A DNA stretch of 64,000 bases from Candidatus Calidihabitans tengchongensis (GCA_031459615.1 JAVKIE010000013.1:226-64225); one strand, 5' to 3'. Positions 17,060-26,580 are shown, numbered from the stretch's first letter. Numbers and translations are program-made. Notes: generated from the letters alone by a model not told the origin.

Positions 17060-18642
17060 GCGGGGCCCGCACGGGCGCTGCGACCGTGGCGGTCTTTCTG
17101 TGCGACCACCTGCAGACCCGCTGGGCCCTGCCCGTCGAGGAGATCCGCCGGTGGGCTGCCACGGCGGCGCCGCCTGTCACACTCCAGGTGGTCAGGGGGC
17201 TGTGTGAGGCGCCGCGGGGCTTGCAGGAACATCTGGCCCGGAGCGGCGCCTCTCGGGCGGTGGTGGGGCTGTGCCGGCGGCCCGCCTCCCGGGCGGACCT
17301 GCAGGCCGCGGTCCGACGGGCCGGGCTGGACCCCGCCGGGGTGGAGGTGGTGGACCTGGGTACCTACGCCGCACGGGCCCACCGCCCTCCGGATGCCGCC
17401 CGCAAGGCCGTGGTCCTGCTGGCCGGCGCGGCCGCGCGGGCCCGCGCATTCGCCGGGAGCCTCGCCCAGCAGCACGTGCCCGTCCCTCCCCGCACCCTCA
17501 GTCGCAGGTCCCTGCTGACCCTGTCGGTGCTGGAGTACCGGTACGTGCCGGCGGTCCGGGAGGATCTGTGTCGGGCGGAGGAGGGCTGCACCCTGTGCGA
17601 GTGGGCCTGCCCGCACCGGGCGCTGCAGGTGCAGGACGGGTCGGTTGCCCTGGACGCACTTCGCTGCACCGGCTGCGGGATCTGCGTGACCGCGTGTCCC
17701 CACGATGCCGTGCACCTGCCGGGGTGGATGGCCCACGAGGTGCACGCGCTGGCCGACGCACTGGCAGATGCCTCCGCCTCGTCCAGGCCGGCGGTCCTTG
17801 TCCTGTGCGCCCACGCAGACTCCCCCCTGCACGACCTGGTGCACCGCCGGGGTGGGTATCCCGCGCCGTGGATCCCCCTGGAGGTCCCCTGCGTCGAGAT
17901 GGTCTCCGGCGGATGGCTGTTGGCCCTGGTGAGCCGCGGCGTGGCGGTGGGGGTGCTGCCCTGTCCGGACAGGGCCGTCCCGGGCGAGCGCAGCCTGGTG
18001 CGGGGGAGGGTGGAGTTCTGCCGCGCGCTGCTGGAGCAGACGGGCCACCACCCGGAAGCGGTGCGTCTGCTGCCCCAAGATCCGGCCGCGCTGGCCGAGG
18101 CGCTGGAGGTCCGGCCGGAGGTCCGCCCGCCCCGGTCCTCTCCCCGGGAACCATTCAGGCACCTGGCGACCGGGCAGACGATCCTGCACCTGGTCGGCGG
18201 TGCGGCTCCCGACGTGACCCACCCCTTCTCTCCCCTGGGCGTGGTGGAGGTGAAGGACGGCTGCACGCTGTGCGGAGCGTGTGCCACCGCCTGTCCGACC
18301 GACGCCCTTGCAGTGCACGCCGCCGAGGACCAGCTGTCCCTGACCTTTGATCCGGACCGGTGCGTGGCGTGCGGTCACTGCGTACCGGTCTGCCCCGAGC
18401 CGGGCGTGCTGCGGCTGCGGCAGACCACCAGCCCCGCAGCCCTGGCCGCCGGAAAGGTGCCGGTGGCCACCGACCGCGCTCCCCGGTGCGCACGCTGCCA
18501 CCGGCCGATCGCACCGGCGGGCATGCTGCGCCGGATCGCCGCAGCCCTGGCGTCGCATCCGGAGACCGTGCAGGTGATCTCGCGGTACTGCGCGGACTGC
18601 CGCGGGCTGCCCGGAGCCGTCGATGGCCCTGTGGAGGCGTGA
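17056..18642 (+). CDS. polyferredoxin with HdrA-N-like and MvhD-like segments
   Basis: Four ferredoxin-type Cys motifs, VFLC...LCE...VVGLC N-terminus, EVPC...VGVLPC middle region, CARC..CADC tail. Confidence 0.8.
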   Translation: MSGARTGAATVAVFLCDHLQTRWALPVEEIRRWAATAAPPVTLQVVRGLCEAPRGLQEHLARSGASRAVVGLCRRPASRADLQAAVRRAGLDPAGVEVVDLGTYAARAHRPPDAARKAVVLLAGAAARARAFAGSLAQQHVPVPPRTLSRRSLLTLSVLEYRYVPAVREDLCRAEEGCTLCEWACPHRALQVQDGSVALDALRCTGCGICVTACPHDAVHLPGWMAHEVHALADALADASASSRPAVLVLCAHADSPLHDLVHRRGGYPAPWIPLEVPCVEMVSGGWLLALVSRGVAVGVLPCPDRAVPGERSLVRGRVEFCRALLEQTGHHPEAVRLLPQDPAALAEALEVRPEVRPPRSSPREPFRHLATGQTILHLVGGAAPDVTHPFSPLGVVEVKDGCTLCGACATACPTDALAVHAAEDQLSLTFDPDRCVACGHCVPVCPEPGVLRLRQTTSPAALAAGKVPVATDRAPRCARCHRPIAPAGMLRRIAAALASHPETVQVISRYCADCRGLPGAVDGPVEA

Positions 18643-19291
18643 GCCGCCGACCGTTGGTGCGGGCAGAGATCCCCTGGTGGGGGTGGTTCTGGCCGGGGGG
18701 CGATCGGTCCGCATGGGGGCCGACAAGCGTGTCATGCGGATAGGCGGGCTGACGCTGCTGGAGCGGGCCCTGGGAGTGCTGCGGCCGCTGGTGGACGATC
18801 TGATGGTGGTCACCCGAAACGAGACCGCGCAAACGACCTCCGCCCGGGTGGTGGCCGACGAGGTTAAGGAACGCGGCCCCCTGGCCGGTCTGTATACGGG
18901 TCTGCGGGCCGCCGGCCGAGGGCGGGTGCTGGTGATCCCGGTGGACATGCCGCTGCTGACCCCGGAAGTCCTGGCGCTGCTGGTTGCCGCGAGCCCCGGA
19001 TGGCTGGTGACGGTCCCGCGCTGGCGCGGCCGCGTGGAGCCCCTGGTGGGCGTGTATGACGTCCGATGCGCGGGGGCCATGGAGCGCGCGCTGCGCCTGC
19101 CCGGGGGATCGGTGCAGGACTTCGTCAGGTCCATGGGCCCGGCGGTGCGCTTCGTGGAGGAGACCGAGGTGCGGGAGACCGGTGACCCGGAGGTCCTGTT
19201 CTTCAACGTCAACACCCCGGAGGACGCGCTGCGGGCCGAGCGCCTGCTGGCTTCGGCCCGGCGCGCTCCGGCGGGAGGGGAGGCGCCGTGA
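18623..19291 (+). CDS. mobA: molybdenum cofactor guanylyltransferase
   Basis: VLAGGRSVRMGADK, GPLAGL, PVDMP, FFNVNTPED. Confidence 0.93.
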   Translation: MALWRREPPTVGAGRDPLVGVVLAGGRSVRMGADKRVMRIGGLTLLERALGVLRPLVDDLMVVTRNETAQTTSARVVADEVKERGPLAGLYTGLRAAGRGRVLVIPVDMPLLTPEVLALLVAASPGWLVTVPRWRGRVEPLVGVYDVRCAGAMERALRLPGGSVQDFVRSMGPAVRFVEETEVRETGDPEVLFFNVNTPEDALRAERLLASARRAPAGGEAP

Positions 19292-21030
19292 TCCTGCCCC
19301 CCCAGGCGGCGTCCGTGGAGGAGGCCTGGTCGGCGATCTGCCGGCGCGTCAGCCGGCTGCCGGCCGAGGAGGTGGACCTGCTTGATGCGGCCGGGCGGGT
19401 GCTGGCCGAGGACATCACAGCGCCGACGGACCTGTGGCCGTTTCCCCGGGCTGCCATGGACGGCGTCGCCGTCCGGGCGGCCGACGTGGCCGCGGCCTCA
19501 CCTGAGCGGCCCGTCACGCTGCCGGTGATCGGCTCCATCTTTGCCGGGCAGATCCCGGGACCCCTCCTTCCGGGGGGTGCGGTGCGCATTGCCACCGGCG
19601 CCGTCCTGCCTCCGCAGGCCGATGCGGTGATCCCCCTGGAGCAGGTAACGCTCACCGATCAGGAAGTGATCGTCACCGCGCCCGCCGCAACAGGAGCGCA
19701 CGTCTTCCCAGCCGGAGAAGATGCCCGCCGGGGGGAGGTCGTCGTGCGGGCCGGGACGGTGCTGCGGGCGGGCCAGGTGGGCCTGCTGGCTGCTCTGGGC
19801 ATCGCGCGCGTTCCGGTGGTCCGGCGGGCCCGGGTGGCCGTCCTGGCGGTCGGCGACGAGCTTGTCGAGCCCGGCCGGTCGCCGGATGCCGGCCAGGTGC
19901 GGGACAGCAACACGTTCGCCCTGGCGGCAGCCGTGGCCGAAGCCGGTGCGCTCCCTCGACGGGTGGGCGTGATCCCCGACGACCCCCTGCGGGTGGCCGC
20001 AGTCCTGAAGGCTGTTGCTGCGGCCGACGCCGTCATCGTGTGCGGGGGGATGTCGGTGGGCGAGCGGGACGTCGTCAAGGAGGCGATGCGCCTCGCCGGG
20101 GTGGAGGTGGTGTTCTGGCGGGTGCCCATGAAGCCGGGTGCTCCCGCTGCCTTCGGGATGTCCGGCGCCACACCCGTGTTCGGCCTGCCGGGTACCCCGG
20201 GAGCCGCCATGGTGGCGTTCGAGGAACTGGTGCGGCCGGCCCTGCGCCGGATGATGGGCTGCCGGGACGTCCACCGGCCGGTCCTGGTCGGGCGGCTGGC
20301 GCAACCGGTGCGGGGGCGTCCGGGCCGCCGGCGCTTCCTGTGGGCGCGGGCAGAGGAGCGAGGCGGGCGCCTGGTGGTGTACCCGCTGCGGGGACAGGGC
20401 ACGGCGGCCCTGCGCTCGGTCAGCGACGCCAACGCCCTCCTGTTGGTGGACGAGGGCTGCGCCGGCCTGGAGCGGGGCGAACGGGTTCGCCTCCAGCTGC
20501 TGGGCGCGCCCACGACTGGCTCCGACGCTCCGGCACCGTCCGTGGTTGCTGTGGTGGGCGCGAAGGGGGCGGGCAAGACGGCCCTGATCGAGCGGCTGGC
20601 GGTCGAGCTGCGCCGCCGCGGCCTGCGTGTGGCGGCTGTCAAGCACGACGCCCACGGCTTTCAGATCGACCGGCCCGGCACCGACACCTGGCGGTTCTGG
20701 CAGGCCGGGGTCGAGGTGGCCGCCATCGCCGGTCCGGGCAAGGCGGCGGTAGTGATTCGGTCTGGCGGCGAGCCCGCCCTGGAGGCGCTGCTGGACCTGG
20801 TGGCCGACGCCGACGTGGTGCTGGTGGAAGGCTACAGCCAGTCTGCCCTCCCCAAGATCGAGGTCCGCCGGGCGGGTGTGGCCTCTGACCGTCCGCCCCC
20901 GGCCGGGCCGGTGGTGGCCCGCGTGGGCGACGAGCGGGCCGAGGGAACGCTGACCCTTGATGATGTGGCCGCCCTGGCCGATCACCTCCTGTCGTCCGTG
21001 ATCCACCTGCGCGGCCCGTCCGCCCCGTAG
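19288..21030 (+). CDS. moeA: MoeA-MobB fusion (molybdopterin molybdotransferase + MobB domain)
   Basis: GRVLAED, AMDG, GDEL, DSN, MKPG, GLPG, then GAKGAGKT..VKHDAHGFQID.PGTDT. Confidence 0.92.
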   Translation: MILPPQAASVEEAWSAICRRVSRLPAEEVDLLDAAGRVLAEDITAPTDLWPFPRAAMDGVAVRAADVAAASPERPVTLPVIGSIFAGQIPGPLLPGGAVRIATGAVLPPQADAVIPLEQVTLTDQEVIVTAPAATGAHVFPAGEDARRGEVVVRAGTVLRAGQVGLLAALGIARVPVVRRARVAVLAVGDELVEPGRSPDAGQVRDSNTFALAAAVAEAGALPRRVGVIPDDPLRVAAVLKAVAAADAVIVCGGMSVGERDVVKEAMRLAGVEVVFWRVPMKPGAPAAFGMSGATPVFGLPGTPGAAMVAFEELVRPALRRMMGCRDVHRPVLVGRLAQPVRGRPGRRRFLWARAEERGGRLVVYPLRGQGTAALRSVSDANALLLVDEGCAGLERGERVRLQLLGAPTTGSDAPAPSVVAVVGAKGAGKTALIERLAVELRRRGLRVAAVKHDAHGFQIDRPGTDTWRFWQAGVEVAAIAGPGKAAVVIRSGGEPALEALLDLVADADVVLVEGYSQSALPKIEVRRAGVASDRPPPAGPVVARVGDERAEGTLTLDDVAALADHLLSSVIHLRGPSAP

Positions 21031-21082
21031 GCTCTCGATCCCATGGTCCCTGCCCATCGGCAGAGATAGGCGGAAAGGGGTG

Positions 21083-21136
21083 TTCACACATTCTTCATGC
21101 ACGCTTCACGGCCGTTTCGCGGCGGGAGGCTAGCGT
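21083..21136 (+). promoter_or_regulatory. three TTCA(C/T) direct repeats at 11-bp period plus -10-like TAGCGT
   Basis: TTCAC at 21083, TTCAT at 21094, TTCAC at 21105, TAGCGT at 21131; OmpR-family regulator downstream. Confidence 0.55.
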
Positions 21137-21181
21137 AAGGTCCGGAGGGCGGCGCGCCCAAGCACGCGGAGAAGGAGGAGG

Positions 21182-21877
21182 GTGATGAACATGTCTGGGA
21201 GACACCTGTACATTGCTGCCGGCGTGGTCTTGCTGGCCGCCGGGCTGGCCCTGCCGGCCCTCAGCCAGCCCCGGTGGGGCGGGGGATGGGGATGCTGGGG
21301 AGCCGGAACTCCGGCCGCAACCGGGCCCGTGGACCTGGATGGGGCGGCGGAGCGGGTCCGCCAGGTGCTGGCAGCCTGGGGGTATCCCGACCTGGCGGTC
21401 AGGGAGGTCATGGAGTTCAGCAACCACTTCTACGTGCAGGTGGTGGAGCGCAGCACGGGGCGGGGCGCCATGGAGCTGATCGTGGAGCGCAACGGCGTCG
21501 TGCGTCCCGAGCCCGGTCCCAACATGATGTGGAACCTCAAGTACGGCCACATGGGCGGAGCCGGCTGGGGCATGATGGGCGGCTGGGGTATGATGGGTCC
21601 GGGATGGCGCGGCGGGTGGGGCGCTCCGGGTGGAGTGCCGCCGCAGGCCGGGGAGCCTCTGACCATGGAACGGGCCCGGGAGATCGCCGCCCGGTTCCTG
21701 CAGGCCGCCTACCCGGGGCTGACTCCCGACGAGCACGGAGCGGCGTTTTACGGGTACTTCACCTTCGACGTGGAGCGCGCCGGCCGGACCGTCGGCATGC
21801 TCAGCGTCAACGCCTTCACCGGCCAGGTCTGGTATCACACCTGGCACGGGACGTTCGTCCGGGAGAAGGAGTTCTGA
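21182..21877 (+). CDS. exported Gly/Met/Trp-rich protein with two PepSY-like segments
   Basis: Signal peptide, EPGPNMMWNLKYGHM, GMMG repeats, SVNAFTGQVWYHTWHG. Confidence 0.8.
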   Translation: MMNMSGRHLYIAAGVVLLAAGLALPALSQPRWGGGWGCWGAGTPAATGPVDLDGAAERVRQVLAAWGYPDLAVREVMEFSNHFYVQVVERSTGRGAMELIVERNGVVRPEPGPNMMWNLKYGHMGGAGWGMMGGWGMMGPGWRGGWGAPGGVPPQAGEPLTMERAREIAARFLQAAYPGLTPDEHGAAFYGYFTFDVERAGRTVGMLSVNAFTGQVWYHTWHGTFVREKEF

Positions 21878-21892
21878 GGAGGGACATGGGCG

Positions 21893-22216
21893 ATGAGCGG
21901 ACGGGATCTGGCGCTGGTCGTGCTGGCCGTCCTGGGCGGCCTGGCCCTGCTCTCCGTGGTGGGGATGGGGATGTGGGGAGGCTGCTGCGGGTGGATGGGT
22001 CCGGGCATGATGGGCCGCTGGGGATGGGGCCCCTGGGGAGGGGGGTGGGGACTGATGGGTATGCTGCTGGTGCTGGCCGGCATTGTGCTGGTGGTCCTGG
22101 CGCTGACGCGCCGGGAGAGCCGGTCCGACGAGGCGCTGGAAATCCTGCGGCGCCGTCTGGCCAGTGGGGAGATCACCCGCGAGCAGTACGAGGAACTGCG
22201 CAAGACGCTGCAGTAG
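21893..22216 (+). CDS. SHOCT-domain membrane protein
   Basis: Two TMs, GMMG loop, ALEILRRRLASGEITREQYEE. Confidence 0.85.
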   Translation: MSGRDLALVVLAVLGGLALLSVVGMGMWGGCCGWMGPGMMGRWGWGPWGGGWGLMGMLLVLAGIVLVVLALTRRESRSDEALEILRRRLASGEITREQYEELRKTLQ

Positions 22217-22222
22217 GCCCTC

Positions 22223-22267
22223 CGGCCTCCGGGAGACCGGCGTGACGGCCGCGTCTCCCGGAGGCCG
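22223..22267. repeat. GC-rich stem-loop (15-bp inverted repeat)
   Basis: CGGCCTCCGGGAGAC ... GTCTCCCGGAGGCCG; no U tail. Confidence 0.6.
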
Positions 22268-22284
22268 CAGGAGCGTGGTGGACC

Positions 22285-23025
22285 ATGGGCCGGCGGGTGG
22301 TGCTTGTGGTGGAAGATGAGCCCGAGATCGCCGATGCCCTCCGCCAGTACCTGGAAAAGGACGGGTACACGGTGGCGGTGGCCGGCGACGGGCATCGGGC
22401 GCTGGCCGAGTATGCCCGCCTGCGCCCCGACCTGGTGCTGCTGGACCTGATGCTGCCGGGTCTGGACGGGTGGGAGATCACCCGCCGCATCCGCCAGCAG
22501 GGCACCACCCCCATCATCATGCTCACCGCCCGCAGCGCCGAGGTGGACAAGCTCGTGGGCCTGGAGCTGGGCGCCGACGACTACATCACCAAGCCCTTCT
22601 CTCCCCGGGAGGTGGTGGCCCGGGTACGGGCGGTCCTGCGCCGCGCCCGGGGCGGTGAGCCGGCGGCAGAGCCGGTGCGGGTCCACGACCTGGAGATCGA
22701 CCCGACCCGCATGGAGGTGCGCCGGAGCGGGATTCCGGTGACGCTTACGCCCACCGAGTTCCGGCTCCTGCACGTGCTGGCGAGCCACCCCGGACGGGTG
22801 TTCACCCGCATGCAGCTCATCGACCAGGTGCAGGGCTACGCCTTCGAAGGCTACGAGCGCACTGTGGACGCCCACATCAAGAACCTGAGACGCAAGCTGG
22901 AGCCCGACCCGCGCCGGCCCCGCTACATCCTGACGGTGCACGGGGTGGGGTACCGGTTCGCCGACGAGGTAGCCTCCGCAGCCGCCAGGCCTCCCGAGCG
23001 CGGCCGGGAGGAGTCCGATGCGTAG
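22285..23025 (+). CDS. OmpR-family response regulator
   Basis: VEDE, LDLMLP, GADDYITKPF, winged-helix RTVDAHIKNLRRKL. Confidence 0.96.
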   Translation: MGRRVVLVVEDEPEIADALRQYLEKDGYTVAVAGDGHRALAEYARLRPDLVLLDLMLPGLDGWEITRRIRQQGTTPIIMLTARSAEVDKLVGLELGADDYITKPFSPREVVARVRAVLRRARGGEPAAEPVRVHDLEIDPTRMEVRRSGIPVTLTPTEFRLLHVLASHPGRVFTRMQLIDQVQGYAFEGYERTVDAHIKNLRRKLEPDPRRPRYILTVHGVGYRFADEVASAAARPPERGREESDA

Positions 23026-24175
23026 TCTCCGGGGGCGGCTCATCCTGGTCCTGGTCCTGGTGGCCTGGCTGTCGGTGGCGGTGGTGGGGGTGGTGACCGC
23101 CCGCCTGACGGCCCAGCGGTTCGCCCTCTACCTGCGGCACAGCCCGATGATGCGCACGATGCCCGGCATGGAGGCGATGATGCGGGCCATGATGGGCGCG
23201 CCCGAGCAGGAGTTTCTCCGGGGGGTGCGCCGGGCCATCTGGACCGCTGCCATCCTGGGGCTGGTGGTGGCGGTGGCCGTGGGCACCCTGACCGCGCGCC
23301 AGCTGACCCGGCCCCTGGGGCGCCTGGCCGAAGCCGCCCGGCGGGTGGCGCGGGGGGACCTGACGGCCCACGTGGAGGTGGAGTCCGACGACGAGCTGGG
23401 CGAGGTGGCGCGGACCTTCAACGCCATGGTGGCCGAGATCCACCGCAGCGAGGAGGACCGCCGCCGGCTGCTGGCCGACATCGCCCACGAGCTGGGAACG
23501 CCCCTGGCCGCGCTTCAGGCCAACGTGGAAGGCATGCTGGACGGCGTGGTGCAGCCCACGCCCGCCAAGCTGGCCGCCCTGCACACCCAGATCCAGCTGC
23601 TGGCCCGCCTGGTCCGGGACCTGCGGGATCTCACCCTGGCCCAGCAGGGACGGCTGCCGCTGGACCGGCAGTTGGTGGATCTCGCCGAGGTGATCCGACA
23701 GGTGGTGGACGTGACCCGGCCCGCGGCCGAGGAAAAAGGCGTCGTTCTGACGTCCGCCGCCGACGGACCCCTGACGGTGCCCGCCGACCGTGAGCGCATC
23801 TCCCAGGTGCTGCACAACCTGCTGGCCAACGCCGTCCGCTACACCGAGGCGGGCGGGCGCATCGCGGTGGCGGCCCGCCGCCAGGGCTCCGAGGTGTGGG
23901 TCGAGGTCGCCGACACCGGCGTGGGCATCCCGGCCTCCGAGTTGCCCTACGTCTTCGACCGCTTCCACCGGGTGGATCGCTCGCGCTCGCGCAGCAGCGG
24001 GGGGGCGGGGCTGGGACTGGCCATCGTCAAGCACCTGGTGGAGGCCCACGGCGGGCGGGTGTGGGTCCGCAGCCAGGTGGGTCGCGGCAGCACGTTCGGG
24101 TTTGCGCTGCCCGCCGCCGAGGCCCCGACCGCTCCCGCGTCGCCGACGGGGGCCGAGGGGAGGGAGGAGAGATGA
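23018..24175 (+). CDS. BaeS-like sensor histidine kinase with Met-rich extracytoplasmic loop
   Basis: Two TMs, HAMP, IAHELGTPL, NLLANAVRY, GAGLGL. Confidence 0.95.
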   Translation: MRSLRGRLILVLVLVAWLSVAVVGVVTARLTAQRFALYLRHSPMMRTMPGMEAMMRAMMGAPEQEFLRGVRRAIWTAAILGLVVAVAVGTLTARQLTRPLGRLAEAARRVARGDLTAHVEVESDDELGEVARTFNAMVAEIHRSEEDRRRLLADIAHELGTPLAALQANVEGMLDGVVQPTPAKLAALHTQIQLLARLVRDLRDLTLAQQGRLPLDRQLVDLAEVIRQVVDVTRPAAEEKGVVLTSAADGPLTVPADRERISQVLHNLLANAVRYTEAGGRIAVAARRQGSEVWVEVADTGVGIPASELPYVFDRFHRVDRSRSRSSGGAGLGLAIVKHLVEAHGGRVWVRSQVGRGSTFGFALPAAEAPTAPASPTGAEGREER

Positions 24176-24669
24176 ACCGCCGATCTGTCGTGCGCCTGTG
24201 CGGGAGCGCCGCGGTGGCCGCGGCGGTTGTGCTGGCCGGCCTGCCGGCGTGGGGGGCGGGACCGGCCGGACCGGACCGGTCACACATGGTGGAACGGCGG
24301 GTGGGCGATGGCCACGCGCTGCGGGATGCGGGGTGGGGGGGAGTGCAGATCCAGGTCGTCCACCTGAGCCCGGACGCCGTCCCGTCCGCCGCCCGGACTC
24401 TTCTCGGTCGCTATCCCCTGGACCGTTACACGATCTTCCTGGTGTCCCTGGACACCCACGCCGGGGATCTGAGCGGCTACGACATGGCCGCCCTCTCCGA
24501 GCTCGTCGCCGCCGGGAAGACGTACGCGCCGGTGCGGTGGGAGGGGATTGCCGAGAGCAGTCACCACCGCCTGGGCGCGTTGATCTTTCCTCGGGTGGAC
24601 CTTCCGGCCGACCTGGTGATCCGGGCCGTCGGCGGCGTAGCGGCTCGGACCTTCCGGTGGCTGCCGTGA
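24172..24669 (+). CDS. exported hypothetical protein
   Basis: ATG overlaps the kinase stop; signal peptide; LDTHAGDL...SHHRLG motifs. Confidence 0.7.
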   Translation: MNRRSVVRLCGSAAVAAAVVLAGLPAWGAGPAGPDRSHMVERRVGDGHALRDAGWGGVQIQVVHLSPDAVPSAARTLLGRYPLDRYTIFLVSLDTHAGDLSGYDMAALSELVAAGKTYAPVRWEGIAESSHHRLGALIFPRVDLPADLVIRAVGGVAARTFRWLP

Positions 24670-25142
24670 CGGCCGCCATTCCGATCCGGACGGGGCGGCA
24701 GGCTCACCGGCCGCTGGTGGCCGGCGCGGCGGCGGCGGTCGGGCTGGCGACCGCGTACAGCCTGATCATCGCGCTGGCGTCCCGGTCCTGGTCGCACCTG
24801 GTGGCCCAGTGGCGCGCCGACGCCGTCTTCCTGGTGCTGGTGGCCACGGGGTTCGGAATCCAGGTGGGCCTGTACCGGCACGTCCGGCAGGTCGCGCACG
24901 GGGGCGGGGGGGTCGCCGCCGTGTCCGCGGGGGGTACGGCGTCGTCCACTGCGGCCATGGTCGCCTGCTGCCTGCACCACCTGTCCGACGTGGTGCCGTT
25001 TGTGGGGCTGGCGGGCGCGGCGGCGTTCCTGACGGCCTACAGGGTCCCGGTGATCGTGGTCAGTCTCGGAGCCAACGCGGCCGGGATCACCCTCATGGTG
25101 CGGGCGCTGCGGCACGCCCGGAAGGCAGCGACCTGCCACTGA
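24666..25142 (+). CDS. four-TM membrane protein with MVACCLHH motif
   Basis: GTG overlap; hydrophobic segments; Cys-Cys-His-His cluster. Confidence 0.75.
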   Translation: MTAAIPIRTGRQAHRPLVAGAAAAVGLATAYSLIIALASRSWSHLVAQWRADAVFLVLVATGFGIQVGLYRHVRQVAHGGGGVAAVSAGGTASSTAAMVACCLHHLSDVVPFVGLAGAAAFLTAYRVPVIVVSLGANAAGITLMVRALRHARKAATCH

Positions 25143-25157
25143 GCGCGGGACGGACGC

Positions 25158-25559
25158 CTACGTCTTCTGCACCTGCAGGGTGCGCAGGGGACAGTAGGCG
25201 TCCCGCCACATCCTCTGCTGGCGGGCCCACGCGGCCCACACCTCGTCCCCGAGTTCGGCCCGCCGGGCGGCGGAGAAGATCCGGATGTCGTCGCCCCGGC
25301 TCTGGGCGGCGAAGTGCACCAGGAGCAGGCAGGGGAACTCCGGGCACAGCCCGCAGTGCTCCACCCGGTGCTCCTTGGCGCAGGAGTAGACGGGGCAGAT
25401 CTTCTCCAGCCCGGCCTCACCCTGGGTCCCGCAGGTGGCGGCCAGGGCCTCGTACCAGGCGCTGCCCTCCCAGTACAGGCCGCAGATGGCGGCGAAGTCC
25501 TGCGGAGCCTGCTTGGGGGGGACGTCGCTCACGGAACTTTCGGCGTGGGTCATCGGCAC
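25158..25559 (-). CDS. Cys-rich DUF3795-like protein
   Basis: CGL...CPVYSCAKEHRVEHCGLCPEFPC. Confidence 0.7.
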   Translation of the reverse strand: MPMTHAESSVSDVPPKQAPQDFAAICGLYWEGSAWYEALAATCGTQGEAGLEKICPVYSCAKEHRVEHCGLCPEFPCLLLVHFAAQSRGDDIRIFSAARRAELGDEVWAAWARQQRMWRDAYCPLRTLQVQKT

Positions 25560-25622
25560 TCGCCTCCGACATCCAACCTAGCCGACGTGGGTGAGGGTGG
25601 CCATCCGGCGTGCACCGTATAT

Positions 25623-25656
25623 CCCTCACCCGGCCCTCTCCCCGACGGGGAGAGGG
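25623..25656. repeat. BoxC/REP-like intergenic element
   Basis: CCCTCACCCGGCCCTCTCCCCGACGGGGAGAGGG, hairpin CCCTCTCCCCG/CGGGGAGAGGG. Confidence 0.6.
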
Positions 25657-25670
25657 GGATGCGGTTGGGC

Positions 25671-26510
25671 CTACCGGCCCCTCTCCTGCGGGTAGCCGCT
25701 GAGGGCGGCCAGGTCCTCAAGCGACAGGACGCCTTCATAGCGCCGCCCGCCGATGTCCCAGGTGGGATACGCCCGAATGCCGGCCGCGGCGCAGAGGTCG
25801 GGCCGGCCCTGAGGGGAGCGAGGGTCGCACTCGATGTAGGGCAGCAGGGCGGCGGCCTCCCCGAACATCCTCTTCTGGTCCTCGCAGTGCGGGCACCAGT
25901 ATGCTCCATAGAACTTCGCCCCCGTGGCCGCCAGGTGGCGCGCCAGGCCGGCGGCATAGGACTGGTCGGCGGACACAGGTGCGGAAGCCGCATACCCGGC
26001 CACCAGGAAGACGGCCGCGGCCAGCGCCGTCCCGCCGGCCCAGGCCCAGCTGCGGCTGGGGGCTGCGGCCGGTTGACGGATGACGAGGTAGGCGAGCAGG
26101 GCCAGCGTCAGCAGGGCGGACAGCAGGCACAGACTGCAGGTCACCCGGAGGACCGTCTGCTGGACGACCACAAAGACCGCCGAGGCCCCCACTCCCACCC
26201 CCGCCAGGGGCACCGCCAGGGACCACCGCCGCTTCGGCGGCGCCGGGCGCGCTCCCAGAACGAAGAGCGCGGCATAATAGACAAGTCCCAGCAAGGCCAC
26301 CGGCAAGCCGAAGACGGCGGCGTACCGGCTGGACTGCACCACGTCGCACCCGCCGCCCAGAGGGCAGTACACCGGCGCGTGGGCCGCGCGGGCGTACAGC
26401 AGGTAGCCGCTGAGGAGGACTCCCAGGCCCGCGAGGGCTGTCAGCCACACGTCGGGCGACGGACCCGGAGGCCGCGCCGCGCGCCGCTGGTGAGGGGACT
26501 GCCTGCTCAT
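25671..26510 (-). CDS. VKOR-thioredoxin fusion (disulfide bond formation)
   Basis: CPLGGGCDVVQSSRYA, TM CSLC, C-terminal YGAYWCPHC...YPTW. Confidence 0.9.
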   Translation of the reverse strand: MSRQSPHQRRAARPPGPSPDVWLTALAGLGVLLSGYLLYARAAHAPVYCPLGGGCDVVQSSRYAAVFGLPVALLGLVYYAALFVLGARPAPPKRRWSLAVPLAGVGVGASAVFVVVQQTVLRVTCSLCLLSALLTLALLAYLVIRQPAAAPSRSWAWAGGTALAAAVFLVAGYAASAPVSADQSYAAGLARHLAATGAKFYGAYWCPHCEDQKRMFGEAAALLPYIECDPRSPQGRPDLCAAAGIRAYPTWDIGGRRYEGVLSLEDLAALSGYPQERGR

Positions 26511-26580
26511 CAGTTGTTATGGTGGCCGCCGACCTCCGGCAGGTCGATCAGACGGCCGCCCGATTCTTGCCGGGGTTCCG

